From Vicinamibacteria bacterium (GTDB taxonomy: Bacteria > Acidobacteriota > Vicinamibacteria > Marinacidobacterales > Marinacidobacteraceae): a stretch of 64,000 nucleotides of DNA. Shown piece after piece: positions 48,570 to 58,456 of this stretch. The notes under the pieces were generated by a model. That model saw only the letters and a list, made by a program, of their open reading frames with translations. It did not search any database and had not been told where the DNA came from. Numbering within the stretch: position 1 is the first letter of the stretch; the number at the start of each line of letters is the position of its first letter. The position numbers were made by a program, and so were the translations under genes. The stretch covers positions 1,504,001 through 1,568,000 of the forward strand of contig OY729431.1 in NCBI GenBank assembly GCA_963422395.1, written 5' to 3'.

Positions 48570-48794
48570 TCAGTCGTCCTTCTTGGACCCGCGGTCTGGA
48601 GAGTCCGCCGTATCGGAGTTGGTGATGGTTTTCACGGACTTCCGGAAGTTGCGGATGCCTTCTCCGAGACCGGCGCCGAGCTGTGGCAGCTTGGCGGCGC
48701 CGAAGATGAGGACGACGATCCCGAGGATGATCAGGAGTTCGGTGGCACCGAACGGGCCGAGCAGGAGGACCGGAACCCGAAGAAGAGCAGGCAT
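48570..48794 (-). CDS. tatA: Twin-arginine translocase TatA/TatE subunit
   Basis: GATELLIILGIVVLIFGAAKLPQLGAGLGEGIRNFRK. Confidence 0.92.
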   Translation of the reverse strand: MPALLRVPVLLLGPFGATELLIILGIVVLIFGAAKLPQLGAGLGEGIRNFRKSVKTITNSDTADSPDRGSKKDD

Positions 48795-48804
48795 GGGGAC
48801 GATT

Positions 48805-49749
48805 CTATCCGGTTGCGACGGGCACCGCTTCACCTCGGGCTCGCTCGTACGCGAGTGCGGCGACGGCGATGTCCTCCGCGGCGATCCCCTGAGATTCGAA
48901 GAGCGCGCCGCCCCGAGGGTCCGTCGGCTTACCGGCGGCCACCACCTCGCCGAGCGTTTCGATGCCATCCCAATCGAGTTCTCCGGCGGCCGTGAGCGGA
49001 GCGAGATCCCCGCACTCGAGCCGGGCCTGTTCGCGGTCGTCCACCACGATGCGGCCGGCGCGGCGCACTGCGGCGCTGTCGAGTTCGCGGCGGGTGAGCG
49101 CGTTACCTCCCGCTGCAGCCACGAAAGCATCCGGGGCGAGCCAGGCGCCGCGCACCACCGGATCTCGCGCGCTGGTGATCGCCACCACCATCTCCTTGTC
49201 GCGGACTGCCGTTTCGGCGCTCTCTACCGGAACCACCTCCACCCCCAGGCTGGCGCTCATCGCAGTCGCGAACGACCGGCGGGTCTCGGGGTTTCGGCAG
49301 AATGCCTCCACGCGGCGAAGCGGCCGGACCACCGCGAGGGCCTCGAGTTGGGTCCGCCCCTGGACCCCGCAGCCGACGATGCCCACGGTGCCCGCCGAAC
49401 CGGCGGCGAGATGGTCCGCAGCGACTCCGGTGGCGGCGCCGGTGCGGATCTGGCCGAGCGCATCGGCCTCCATGATCGCGGCGAGCGCGCCGCTCGCCTG
49501 ATCGAAGAGCAGCAGCACGAAACAGGCGCCGTCGCGCCCGCTGAGATAGGCCTTGACTCCCAGATGACCGAAAGCGGCGCTCCCCGCGCTCATCGTGTGG
49601 AGCATCCGGCCCGGGATGCGGACCCGCTGCCGGGAACGGTTCTGTGCGCCTCCTTCACCGAGTTCGCGGAAGACTTTCTCGACCGCGGCGACCGCATCCC
49701 GCATCGGCAGCGCCGACCGCACGAGCGCCTCGGGAAAGTAGAGAGTCAT
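48805..49749 (-). CDS. Ornithine cyclodeaminase / mu-crystallin family protein
   Basis: IRTGAATGVA, GCGVQG, FESQGIAAEDIA. Confidence 0.9.
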   Translation of the reverse strand: MTLYFPEALVRSALPMRDAVAAVEKVFRELGEGGAQNRSRQRVRIPGRMLHTMSAGSAAFGHLGVKAYLSGRDGACFVLLLFDQASGALAAIMEADALGQIRTGAATGVAADHLAAGSAGTVGIVGCGVQGRTQLEALAVVRPLRRVEAFCRNPETRRSFATAMSASLGVEVVPVESAETAVRDKEMVVAITSARDPVVRGAWLAPDAFVAAAGGNALTRRELDSAAVRRAGRIVVDDREQARLECGDLAPLTAAGELDWDGIETLGEVVAAGKPTDPRGGALFESQGIAAEDIAVAALAYERARGEAVPVATG

Positions 49750-49793
49750 CGCCGAAACCCGGAAAGCGCCAGTTTCCTACAATTCTTCCTGAA

Positions 49794-51431
49794 ATGCATG
49801 TCCTGACCGGTGTCCAGATGCGGGAGGCCGACCGCCGAACCATCGCGGAAGCCGGCATTCCGGCGCGGGTACTCATGGAGAACGCCGGGCGTGCGGTCGC
49901 CGCTGCGGTCGCTCGGGAAGCCGCCGCAGCGCCCGGACGCCGAGTGCTGTTGTTCTGCGGCCGGGGAGGAAACGGGGGGGACGGCCTGGTGGCGCTTCGC
50001 AGCCTCGCCGCCCGCGGATTCCCGGCGACCGTAGTGCTGCTCGCCGATCCGGAGAGGCTCACGGGCGCCGCGGGCGAAAATCTGGAAACCGCGACCCGGC
50101 TCGGACTCGATGTTCTGCCGGTCCCCGATGAAGGCGCCTGGAAACAGGTGCTCGAGAGCGGCGCCCCCTTCGGCCTCGCGGAACCGGCACCGGGCGTGGT
50201 GGTGGACGCCCTCCTGGGATCGGGAGCTTCCGGACCGCTCTACGGCCTCGCCGCGCGGGTGATCACCGATCTGGATCGGTTGCCGCTTTTTAGGAAAGCG
50301 CGGCGGGTGGCGGTGGACATTCCCAGCGGGCTTTCCGCGGACAGCGGCTGCCTGCCCGAATCCTGCTTCCGCGCCGATTGCACCGTGGCCCTCGCCGCTC
50401 CGAAGATCTGCCATTTCGTGTTTCCGGCGAGCAGCGTCTGCGGACGGGTGGAAGTGGCGGAGATCGGAATCCCGCGCGCCCTGATCTCCGCTGGGGCCCG
50501 AGGGGTGAGGACGAACGACGCCCTTCGGGTAGCCGCGCTCCTGCCGGCCCGATCGCCCGGAGCGCACAAGGGCCAACTCGGGCGGTTGCTGCTCGTGGCG
50601 GGCTCGCGGCGGATGCCGGGCGCGGCGGTGCTCGCCGCCCACGGCGCCCTCGCTGCCGGCGTCGGCCTGCTCACCGTGGCCGGTCCTGCGGAGGCGCTCG
50701 GGAGCCTCCCTCCGGAAGTGATGCGGCTGCCGCTCGCCGCCGGTGCCGAGGGGGAGATCACGGTGGACAGCGCTCTTCGGATCGCCGAGTTCGTCGGCTC
50801 GTCCCGCGCCGACGCGATCGCCGTCGGACCCGGCCTCGGCGATGCCGAGGAGACGAAGGAGGCAGCGCGCCGCATCGTGCGGATCACCGAGGCGCCGCTC
50901 GTACTCGATGCCGACGGGCTAAACGCCTGGGCGGGCCAGGCCGGAGATCTCGCAGCGCGGCCGGCTCTCGCGCTGACCCCGCATGTTGGCGAGGCTGCCC
51001 GGCTCCTCGCCGCTCCGAGAGCGAAAATCGAGGGGGATCGTCTCGATTCCGCCCGCCGACTGGCTGGAATCACCGGAAACGCGGTCGCGCTCAAAGGGCC
51101 GGGGACCCTGATCGCAGCTCCCGACGGTGCCGTCTTCGTGAACCGTTCCGGCGGCCCCGAACTCGCCGCCGGAGGCTCGGGAGATGTCCTGACCGGAGTG
51201 GTCGGCGCTTTGCTGGCCCGGAAGCTTTCCCCGATCGACGCACTCTCGGCGGGTTCCTTTCTGCACGGCCTCGCAGGCGAGGCCGCGAAGGACCGTTACG
51301 GCGAAGACGCGGTGAGCGCTTCCATAGTGGCGTCCCATCTCGGAACCGCGATCCGTCAGGTGCGCGGCCAGCGCACCCGAGGCGACTGTGGGTTGGAACG
51401 AAATCGGGAACAGCGAGAGCAGGATGTGTGA
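49794..51431 (+). CDS. nnr: Bifunctional NAD(P)H-hydrate epimerase/dehydratase
   Basis: LMENAG, GNGGDG, DIPSG, HKG, VGPGLG, DADGLN, TPHVGE, GGSGDVL. Confidence 0.93.
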   Translation: MHVLTGVQMREADRRTIAEAGIPARVLMENAGRAVAAAVAREAAAAPGRRVLLFCGRGGNGGDGLVALRSLAARGFPATVVLLADPERLTGAAGENLETATRLGLDVLPVPDEGAWKQVLESGAPFGLAEPAPGVVVDALLGSGASGPLYGLAARVITDLDRLPLFRKARRVAVDIPSGLSADSGCLPESCFRADCTVALAAPKICHFVFPASSVCGRVEVAEIGIPRALISAGARGVRTNDALRVAALLPARSPGAHKGQLGRLLLVAGSRRMPGAAVLAAHGALAAGVGLLTVAGPAEALGSLPPEVMRLPLAAGAEGEITVDSALRIAEFVGSSRADAIAVGPGLGDAEETKEAARRIVRITEAPLVLDADGLNAWAGQAGDLAARPALALTPHVGEAARLLAAPRAKIEGDRLDSARRLAGITGNAVALKGPGTLIAAPDGAVFVNRSGGPELAAGGSGDVLTGVVGALLARKLSPIDALSAGSFLHGLAGEAAKDRYGEDAVSASIVASHLGTAIRQVRGQRTRGDCGLERNREQREQDV

Positions 51432-51885
51432 GAGCGGGCCGGGCCGATCGGCGGCGAACCACCACTCGCTGAGCCGAAGCCCCGAGGAGACCATCGCCGC
51501 GGCTTTTCGGCTGGCCGCGGGCCACCCCGGCTGCCGGGCCTTCTACCTCGAAGGCGGCCTCGGAGCGGGGAAGACGGTGTTCGCCAAGGGGCTCGCCCGC
51601 CACTACGGAGTGGACCCGCGGCAGGTCACGAGTCCGACCTTCGCCCTGGTCCAGCGCTACGGCGAAGGGACGCGTCCGCTCTACCACCTCGACCTCTATC
51701 GGATCGAGCGCGCCGAAGAGCTCGAGGAGCTCGGTATCGAGGAGATGGAAGAAGAGGATGCGGTGGTGATCGTGGAGTGGCCGGAACGGCTCGGGCGATT
51801 TCTCCGGGAGGATGCGATCCGGGTGCGGCTCGACCGGCAGGCCGACGGGACTCGGCATATCGAGTTCCGGTGGGAGGAGCGTTAG
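51424..51885 (+). CDS. tsaE: tRNA threonylcarbamoyladenosine ATPase TsaE
   Basis: GGLGAGKT, SPTFAL, HLDLYRI, VEWPER. The stop codon is completed by the IS end. Confidence 0.93.
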   Translation: MCESGPGRSAANHHSLSRSPEETIAAAFRLAAGHPGCRAFYLEGGLGAGKTVFAKGLARHYGVDPRQVTSPTFALVQRYGEGTRPLYHLDLYRIERAEELEELGIEEMEEEDAVVIVEWPERLGRFLREDAIRVRLDRQADGTRHIEFRWEER

Positions 51886-52555
51886 CAGCCTGTGGTTTTT
51901 CGGATGGGGGATGGTGTGGCGGGATGGGGAGGGATTAGTGTAGGAGTCATGTCATTAGGACGAACACCACGGGAGAGGCAGGGGAAGCTCTGGATTGCGA
52001 CTGCGGAGCTGCCGCGACCCGGCGGCGGATCGATTTGGAGACGCACGAGGCGGTGAATGCCTGGATCCTGCGGCGGTTGCGGGAAGCGGGCCTGTTTCGG
52101 GGGAAGACCCTGGGAGTGGCGGTGCATCCGGGGCCGAGCGGCGACACCGGGACGGTGGGCAAGACGCTGGAAGCGATGGATCGGACGCTCCCGGCGGCGA
52201 AAGCGGAGCTGCCCACCGCCGATGGGGGGCACCGGGAGGCGCAGACGGCAAAGCGCGAGGGCACACCAACCTGCGGAAGCGCCTGCTCCTCCATGTCGGC
52301 GGCTTCGATCTGGCTCTCCTGATGCGCTCTCACACCGGGTTCGGTACTCCCCGGCAGTTGCAAAACCGGGCTCTGGCGCGTTTTCTTGCGAAAACAGCAC
52401 TCATGGGACGGCTCATGCCGCGTCTGAGGGCTGCTGGCGCCCTCCTGCACCCCTTGGGCGGCGCCAACTCACTTCGCAGCTCCCGGCGACCAGGCCTCAC
52501 TGTTCCGTCCCCTCCCCCACCTTCGTCGTCGATCAGCCTTTCCACCACAGGCTGC
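51885..52555 (+). mobile_element. Internally deleted IS1182/IS5-like insertion sequence (transposase pseudogene)
   Basis: TIRs GCAGCCTGTGG ... CCACAGGCTGC flanked by TA. Transposase fragments: MSLGR..QGKLWIATAELPR (ATG 51949), LETHEAVNAWILRRLREAGLFRGKTLGV, RGHTNLRKRLLLHVGGFDLALLMR..GTPRQLQ. Confidence 0.82.
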
Positions 52556-52558
52556 TAT

Positions 52559-53956
52559 GGCAGGAGTCGGAAGAGAAGCTTCCGCAGCCGCGTCGGCGGG
52601 TCAATCCTCGCGCTCACCGCCTCGGCGGCGGCGGCCTGCGGCGGCGGATCTTCCGGGTCCGCTCCCGCGGAACGGGCCAACCTGCTGCTGATCACGGTTT
52701 CCTCGCTCCGTGCCGACCACCTCGGAATCTACGGCTACCCGCGGAACCAGACACCCCGGCTCGATCTGTTCGGGGCCTCGGGAGCGGTGTTCCTCGAAGC
52801 CACCACCCCCTGGCCCGAGACCGGACGCGCGGCAGCCGCTGTGCTGACCGGGCGGGACCCGGCCCGGATCACCCGCGGCGAGCCGGCGCGCCTGCTCGAC
52901 TCTGTCGGCCTCGGCGGAACGCTCCGGGGCGCCGGGTACCGCACCCTCGCCGCAGTGAGCCATCCGGCACTCGCCGCCGAGCTCGGTTTCGCGCGGAGTT
53001 TCGACGAATTCCGGGAGCACTGGAACGCCCCGCCGGCCGAGGCCACTGCCGCCATCGCCGCTTTCGGAGCGGAGATCGTCGTAGCGGACTCGGAACAGCC
53101 TTTCTTCCTCTGGCTCCACTTCTCGGCCCCCGCGCCTCCCCACGAACCGCCCGACGGAGATCTCGCCGCAGTAGCGGCCGACGGCTTCACCCCCTCGGGG
53201 CCCCGCTTCCGCCCGGGCGCGGCGCCCGCGAGAACGGACCCTGCCGAGACCGGCTACGGCGAAGCGGTGGATCGCTACGACGCTGCGATCCGGTCCGTGG
53301 ACCGCGCAGTGGGTCGGGTGCTGGACGCGCTCGCCGGCGGGCCGGCAGCCGGGAGGACGTTGGCAGCGATCGCCGGGCTCCACGGGGAATCGCTCGGAGA
53401 ACATGCACCGGTCTTCACCCGTCCCCTCCCCCTCTTTCGGGAGACGCTCCGGGCGCCGCTGCTCCTCGGTTGGCCCGGCGGGGACGCTTCCCGCGTGCCC
53501 TCCGGAGTCCGTTTCGGCTCCGCGGTCGGCCTCGCCGACATCTCGCCGACCGCGCTCGCGCTGATCGGCGTTCCGGCTCCCGAGACGCCCCCCGAAGGGG
53601 TGATCGGCAAGTCGCTCGTTCCCGCGCTCCGCGGCGAGGACCCGCGGCCCCACCGCCGGCTCTACGCGCAGTCGGAGAACGGACTCTTCGGGATCTTCGA
53701 CGGCCGGCTGCGGATGTTGCGGATCCCGGTTCCGGGACAGGAGGCACCGCTCTTCGCCCTCTTCGACCTGACCCGGGACCCCGAGGAAGCCGACAACCGT
53801 TACCCCGCTGCGGGCCCTTCGCTGGAACCGCTGCGGGCGCAGCTCGAGACCCGGCGGATCCGGACCGTCGCCTGGCGGCAGGAGAACGAACGGGGCGCCG
53901 CCGCCGAAGTCTCGGTCGAACTCGCCGCCGCGCTCTCCGCTCGTACCCGCCGCTGA
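52559..53956 (+). CDS. Sulfatase-like lipoprotein, degenerate active site; start codon unclear because of the IS
   Basis: NLLLITVSSLRADHLGIYGY, PFFLWLHF..PH, YDAAI, HGESLGEH, LFDLTRDPEE. Lipobox-like AAAC. No C/S-x-P-x-R motif. Confidence 0.7.
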   Translation, partial: GRSRKRSFRSRVGGSILALTASAAAACGGGSSGSAPAERANLLLITVSSLRADHLGIYGYPRNQTPRLDLFGASGAVFLEATTPWPETGRAAAAVLTGRDPARITRGEPARLLDSVGLGGTLRGAGYRTLAAVSHPALAAELGFARSFDEFREHWNAPPAEATAAIAAFGAEIVVADSEQPFFLWLHFSAPAPPHEPPDGDLAAVAADGFTPSGPRFRPGAAPARTDPAETGYGEAVDRYDAAIRSVDRAVGRVLDALAGGPAAGRTLAAIAGLHGESLGEHAPVFTRPLPLFRETLRAPLLLGWPGGDASRVPSGVRFGSAVGLADISPTALALIGVPAPETPPEGVIGKSLVPALRGEDPRPHRRLYAQSENGLFGIFDGRLRMLRIPVPGQEAPLFALFDLTRDPEEADNRYPAAGPSLEPLRAQLETRRIRTVAWRQENERGAAAEVSVELAAALSARTRR

Positions 53957-54018
53957 CCGACCGGCGCCGAGCGCGTCGCTCCTCCGCGCGGCGGGAATGC
54001 CCTCGCTATATTCGCGGC

Positions 54019-54552
54019 ATGGATCGAAACCCCGCCCCAGGCGGTCGGATCGCCGACATCTGCCGCGAAAAATTGCTCGCCGAGTTCCTGCCCCGCCTCG
54101 AGGCGGCGGTGGCCCGGCTCTCCGACGAGGACTTGTGGCGGCGACCGAACGAGGCGAGCAATAGCGTCGGCAACCTCGTCCTCCATCTCGAAGGAAATGT
54201 CCGGCAGTGGATCGTCTCCGGGCTCGGAGGCGCCCCCGATACCCGGAAGCGGCGGCGGGAATTCGAAGTCCGGGGGCCGCTCCCGCGAGCAGAGATCCTC
54301 GGCGTCCTGCGGAGCGCCGTCGAGGAAGCCGATCGGGTGATCGCCGGCCTCGATCCCGGAGAACTCCGCCGCGTCCGACGGGTCCAGGCGTTCGAAGTGG
54401 ACGGCTTCGAAATCCTCGTTCATGTGGTCGAGCACTTTTCCTGCCACCTCGGGCAGATCGTTTATGCGGTGAAAGCGGCCCGCAACGAGGACCTCGGCTT
54501 CTACGCCGGAGTCGCGCTCGACCGCACGGGAACCGGGTTCCTCCCGGAGTAA
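54019..54552 (+). CDS. DinB/DUF1572 family protein
   Basis: WRRPNEASNSVGNLVLHLEGN, HVVEHFSCHLGQI. Confidence 0.88.
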   Translation: MDRNPAPGGRIADICREKLLAEFLPRLEAAVARLSDEDLWRRPNEASNSVGNLVLHLEGNVRQWIVSGLGGAPDTRKRRREFEVRGPLPRAEILGVLRSAVEEADRVIAGLDPGELRRVRRVQAFEVDGFEILVHVVEHFSCHLGQIVYAVKAARNEDLGFYAGVALDRTGTGFLPE

Positions 54553-54567
54553 CCTTCCCCCGAGTCG

Positions 54568-55551
54568 ATGAGCTTCCGGAACCCGTGCGGCCGCGGGCTG
54601 CTCGCGGCAGCGGCCCCGCTCGGCGGTGCTCTGCTCCTCCTGCCCTCCTGTTCGCTTCTGGCCGGGATGGCGGTGAACTCGCTTTCGGCGGTGCTCTCGA
54701 AGAGCGAAGCGGTGTACCGCTCGGACGACGACCTCCAGCTCGTGGAAGGGGCGCTGGCGAACAACCTGAAGCTGATCGAAACGCTGCTCGAGTCGGATCC
54801 GGAACACCGGGAGATGCTGCTCAGCGCCACGAAGGGCTTTCTGCTCTATGCCTATGGGTTCGTCGAACCGGAGCTGTTCGATCTCGACTTCACCCAGTTC
54901 GCGGAAAAGCAGGCGGTGCGGACCCGGGCAGCGCGGCTCTACCGGCGCGCCGCCGACTTCGGAATGCGCGGCCTCACCGTGAACCATCCGGGAATCGAAG
55001 CGCGCCTCCGACTCGATCCCGAGGCGGCGGCTCTCGAACTCGAGGAGGACGACGCCGCGCTCGCCCTCTGGACCGGTACCGCGATGGGAGCGCGCATCGC
55101 CATGGAGACCGACAACCCCGAAGCCACCGCCGATCTCGCGGTGATGGGCGCGCTGCTCTATCGGGTCCTCGACCTCGACGATACCGTGGACGGCGGGGTG
55201 GCGTACGACTACCTGAGCATCTACGAGACCGCGCGGATCGGCGGATCCCTCGAACGGGCGCGGGAGTTCTACGAACATGCCCTCGAGATCGGCCCGACCC
55301 GCCGGCCGGTGCTGTGGTCCACCTGGGCCGAAACCGGTTCCGTCGCTACCGGAAACCGCGGCGAATTCGAGACGCTGCTGCGCCGGACGCTGGATTTCGA
55401 CATCGATAGCGAGCCGGAGGGCAGGCTGCTGAACCGGGTGGCACAGGAGCGCGCTGCCTGGCTGCTCGAGAACATCGAGGACTACTTCCTCGACGACCTG
55501 GAAGACGGATCGGAAGGATCCGGATTTCGAGAACGAGGATCGGAGGGATGA
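54568..55551 (+). CDS. TRAP transporter TatT component (TPR lipoprotein)
   Basis: Lipobox LPSC, DDDLQLV..NLKLIETLL, YAYGFV, LLNRVAQERAAWLL. Confidence 0.85.
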   Translation: MSFRNPCGRGLLAAAAPLGGALLLLPSCSLLAGMAVNSLSAVLSKSEAVYRSDDDLQLVEGALANNLKLIETLLESDPEHREMLLSATKGFLLYAYGFVEPELFDLDFTQFAEKQAVRTRAARLYRRAADFGMRGLTVNHPGIEARLRLDPEAAALELEEDDAALALWTGTAMGARIAMETDNPEATADLAVMGALLYRVLDLDDTVDGGVAYDYLSIYETARIGGSLERAREFYEHALEIGPTRRPVLWSTWAETGSVATGNRGEFETLLRRTLDFDIDSEPEGRLLNRVAQERAAWLLENIEDYFLDDLEDGSEGSGFRERGSEG

Positions 55552-56588
55552 GGATTCGACTCATGGCGACCATCACGAAGCGGCACTTTCTCCGCCCCGC
55601 GGCGGCCTTGGCGCTGGCGGCAGCGTTTCTGCCGGGGAGCAGCGCCGAAGCGCGCGTCGCCCTGCGTCTCGCGACGGTGGCGCCCAAGGGCTCGGCCTGG
55701 CACCTGATCCTCGAAAAGATGACCGCCGCGATCGGCCGCGAAACCGGCGGCGAGGTGCGCATCCGCATCCTCGCGGGAGGAGCCGCAGGCGACGAGACCG
55801 ACACGATCCGCAAGATGCGGATCGGCCAGGTGCATCTCGCCGCAGTGTCGAACGCGGGGCTCGCCGAATTGGACGCCAGCGCCTGGACCCTGTCCATCCC
55901 GATGATCTTCCGGGATTACGCCGAGTGGGACCATGTCCGGGAAGCGGTGAATCCCACGATTGCGGAGTCGCTGCAGGAGCATGGCTTCCGGGTGCTGGCG
56001 TGGGCGGATGTCGGCTGGCTCCACTTCTTCGCCAAAGAGCCGGTGCGAACCCTCGAAGATCTCCAGAGCCTTCGCCTCGCCGGGTCGGCGACCGACCAGA
56101 CGGCGGTGGATCTGCTGCGCTGGGCCGGCTTCGATCCGGTTCCCATCAACACCGTGGAAATGGTGAGCGGCTTCCAGACCGGGCTGATCGAAGCCGCGGC
56201 GCTGCCGATCATCCTCGCCGAGGGCTCGCAGCTCTACCGCTCGGCGGAGTTCATGAACGATCTCAAGTGGGCGCCGCTCCAGGCCGCCTTGATCGTCCAC
56301 GACACGGGCTGGGAGATGCTCGACCCTTCGCAGCAGGAGGTGATTCGGAGGCTCGCCGCCGAGGCCGCCGCGGAGTTCCGGCGGACGAATCGCGAGCAGG
56401 AGCAGCGGTCGCTCGCGGCGATGGAGAGCCGCGGGCTCGAGGTGATCGAGGCCTCTCCGGAGTTCGAGGCGGCTTGGATCGAGGCAGCGGCGAAGACCTA
56501 CCCGCTGGTTCGCGAGAGGTTGGTCCCGGCACCGGTATTCGACCGCGTCGTCCGCCTTCGCGACGAGTTCCGCGCAGCGCATGAGTAG
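55548..56588 (+). CDS. dctP: TRAP transporter substrate-binding protein (DctP/TatP)
   Basis: LATVAPKGSAW, GGAAGDE..RKMRIGQ, FQTGLIE. Confidence 0.9.
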   Translation: MRIRLMATITKRHFLRPAAALALAAAFLPGSSAEARVALRLATVAPKGSAWHLILEKMTAAIGRETGGEVRIRILAGGAAGDETDTIRKMRIGQVHLAAVSNAGLAELDASAWTLSIPMIFRDYAEWDHVREAVNPTIAESLQEHGFRVLAWADVGWLHFFAKEPVRTLEDLQSLRLAGSATDQTAVDLLRWAGFDPVPINTVEMVSGFQTGLIEAAALPIILAEGSQLYRSAEFMNDLKWAPLQAALIVHDTGWEMLDPSQQEVIRRLAAEAAAEFRRTNREQEQRSLAAMESRGLEVIEASPEFEAAWIEAAAKTYPLVRERLVPAPVFDRVVRLRDEFRAAHE

Positions 56589-58413
56589 CGGCGGGGCGCC
56601 GCCCCGCGCCCGGTTCGCTGTCTTCGAGGACGCCATCGCAGTTTCTGCGCTCGTCCTCATGGCGGCGATCCCCATCGTGGAAGCCGCGATCCGTCCTCTC
56701 CATCCCACGGGGATCCCCGGTTCCACCATGTGGGTGCAACACCTCGCGCTCTGGGTGGGATTCCTCGGTGCCGCGGTCGCCGCCCGCCGGGGCGAACTGC
56801 TCGCCCTGACCGCCGGTCCGAGCGTGGCCTCAGACATATGGAAACCGCGGTTCGCTTCGCTGTCCGGCGCAGTGGGAGTCGTGGTATCGGTCGTCCTCGC
56901 CTACGCGAGCGTGGTGCTGATTCGGGCCGAGTGGCAGGGCGGGCGCGAGTTGGCGCTCGGGGTCCCGGTCTGGGCCGCCGAAGGGATCATGCCGGTCGGT
57001 TTCGTCCTGATCGGCTGGCGGATATTCCGAAGGATCCCGACGCGCTGGGGCCGCTGGACCGCCATCCTCGGGCTCGCGCTGCCGCTCCTCCTCCACGAAG
57101 GGCTCCTCGGTTTCGATCTCACCGAGAGCGGCCTCGCCTGGCCGCTCCTCGCGCTGATCCTGGTGGCTGCCGCCCTCGGAGCTCCCATCTTCGTCGCGCT
57201 CGGCGGCGCTGCCGCGGTGCTCCTCTGGAGTAACTGGGATCCGGTGTCGGCAGTCTCCGCCGAGGCCTACGGCATGGTCAGCAAGCCGACGCTGCCGACC
57301 ATCCCCCTGTTCACCCTCGCCGGCTACATCCTCGCCGAGGGCGGCGCCCCGAAGCGGCTGGTGGTGCTCTTCCGGGGACTGTTCGGCTGGATGCCAGGCG
57401 GGGTGGCGGTAGTGGCCATCGTGGTCTCGGCGTTCTTCACCTGCTTCACCGGCGGAAGCGGGGTGACGATCCTGGCGATGGGCGGCCTCATGTTCCCCAT
57501 GCTGCTCGCCGACGGACACCGACCGAAGTTCTCGACCGGCCTCCTCACCTCGGCGGGCTCGCTGGGCCTCCTGTTTCCGCCTTCGCTGGCGGTGATCCTC
57601 TACGGGCTGGTCGCCGAGGTGGACATCCCCCGACTCTTCGTGGCCGGGTTCGTTCCGGCATTGCTCGAGATCGCTCTGGTGGCCGGGTTCACGATCTTCG
57701 CGACCCGCCGCTTCGCCGGGAAGACCATCCCCTTTCGCCCCCGGGAAGCGCTCCGGTCGCTCGGAACCGCGAAGTGGGAAGCGGCGATTCCCTTCGTCGT
57801 GCTCGGGTCGGTGCTCTCCGGCTTCGCGACCTTGGTGGAGGCGGCGGCGATCACCGTGCTCTATGCCCTGTTCATCGAGTTCGTCGTCCACCGCGAGGGA
57901 AAGACGCTCGGAGACCTCGTTCGCATCGGCGGGAATGCAGTGACCCTGATCGGCGGGGTGCTGCTGATCCTGGGCACTGCGCTCGGGTTGACGAACTACC
58001 TGATCTTCGCCGACATCCCGGGAACTGCAGTCCTGTGGGTCCAGTCCTTCGTCGCCTCGCCGCTCTTCTTCCTGCTGCTCCTGAACCTGTTCCTGCTGGT
58101 GACCGGCTGTCTGATGGACATCTACTCGGCGGTGGTGGTCGTCGTGCCGCTCGCCGCTCCCCTGGGGCTCGCCTACGGGGTGGACCCGCTGCATCTCGGG
58201 ATCATCTTTCTCACGAACCTGGAACTCGGCTACCTGACCCCGCCGGTGGGGATGAATCTGTTCCTCGCTTCTTACCGCTTCCGGCGGCCGCTCGGGGAGG
58301 TGTACCGGGCGACGCTGCCGTTCCTCGCCATCCGGGCGGGCGCAGTGCTGCTCGTGACCTATGTCCCCTGGCTCACGCTGACCCTTCCGCGCCTCGTGTT
58401 CGGCAGCGGGTAG
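56581..58413 (+). CDS. TRAP transporter fused small/large permease (DctQM)
   Basis: IPLFTLAG, TGGSGVTI, GSLGLLFPPS, GYLTPPVGMNLF. Confidence 0.92.
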   Translation: MSSGGAPPRARFAVFEDAIAVSALVLMAAIPIVEAAIRPLHPTGIPGSTMWVQHLALWVGFLGAAVAARRGELLALTAGPSVASDIWKPRFASLSGAVGVVVSVVLAYASVVLIRAEWQGGRELALGVPVWAAEGIMPVGFVLIGWRIFRRIPTRWGRWTAILGLALPLLLHEGLLGFDLTESGLAWPLLALILVAAALGAPIFVALGGAAAVLLWSNWDPVSAVSAEAYGMVSKPTLPTIPLFTLAGYILAEGGAPKRLVVLFRGLFGWMPGGVAVVAIVVSAFFTCFTGGSGVTILAMGGLMFPMLLADGHRPKFSTGLLTSAGSLGLLFPPSLAVILYGLVAEVDIPRLFVAGFVPALLEIALVAGFTIFATRRFAGKTIPFRPREALRSLGTAKWEAAIPFVVLGSVLSGFATLVEAAAITVLYALFIEFVVHREGKTLGDLVRIGGNAVTLIGGVLLILGTALGLTNYLIFADIPGTAVLWVQSFVASPLFFLLLLNLFLLVTGCLMDIYSAVVVVVPLAAPLGLAYGVDPLHLGIIFLTNLELGYLTPPVGMNLFLASYRFRRPLGEVYRATLPFLAIRAGAVLLVTYVPWLTLTLPRLVFGSG

Positions 58414-58456
58414 CAGGGGAACGTCCGCCGGCGCGGTTCACCGAGGAGGACTCGCA

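Noticed and set aside
52057-54552. 831-aa ORF appearing to be a large DinB fusion
   Set aside because: Only the last 177 aa are DinB-like. The rest is an alternative frame over the IS and the sulfatase.
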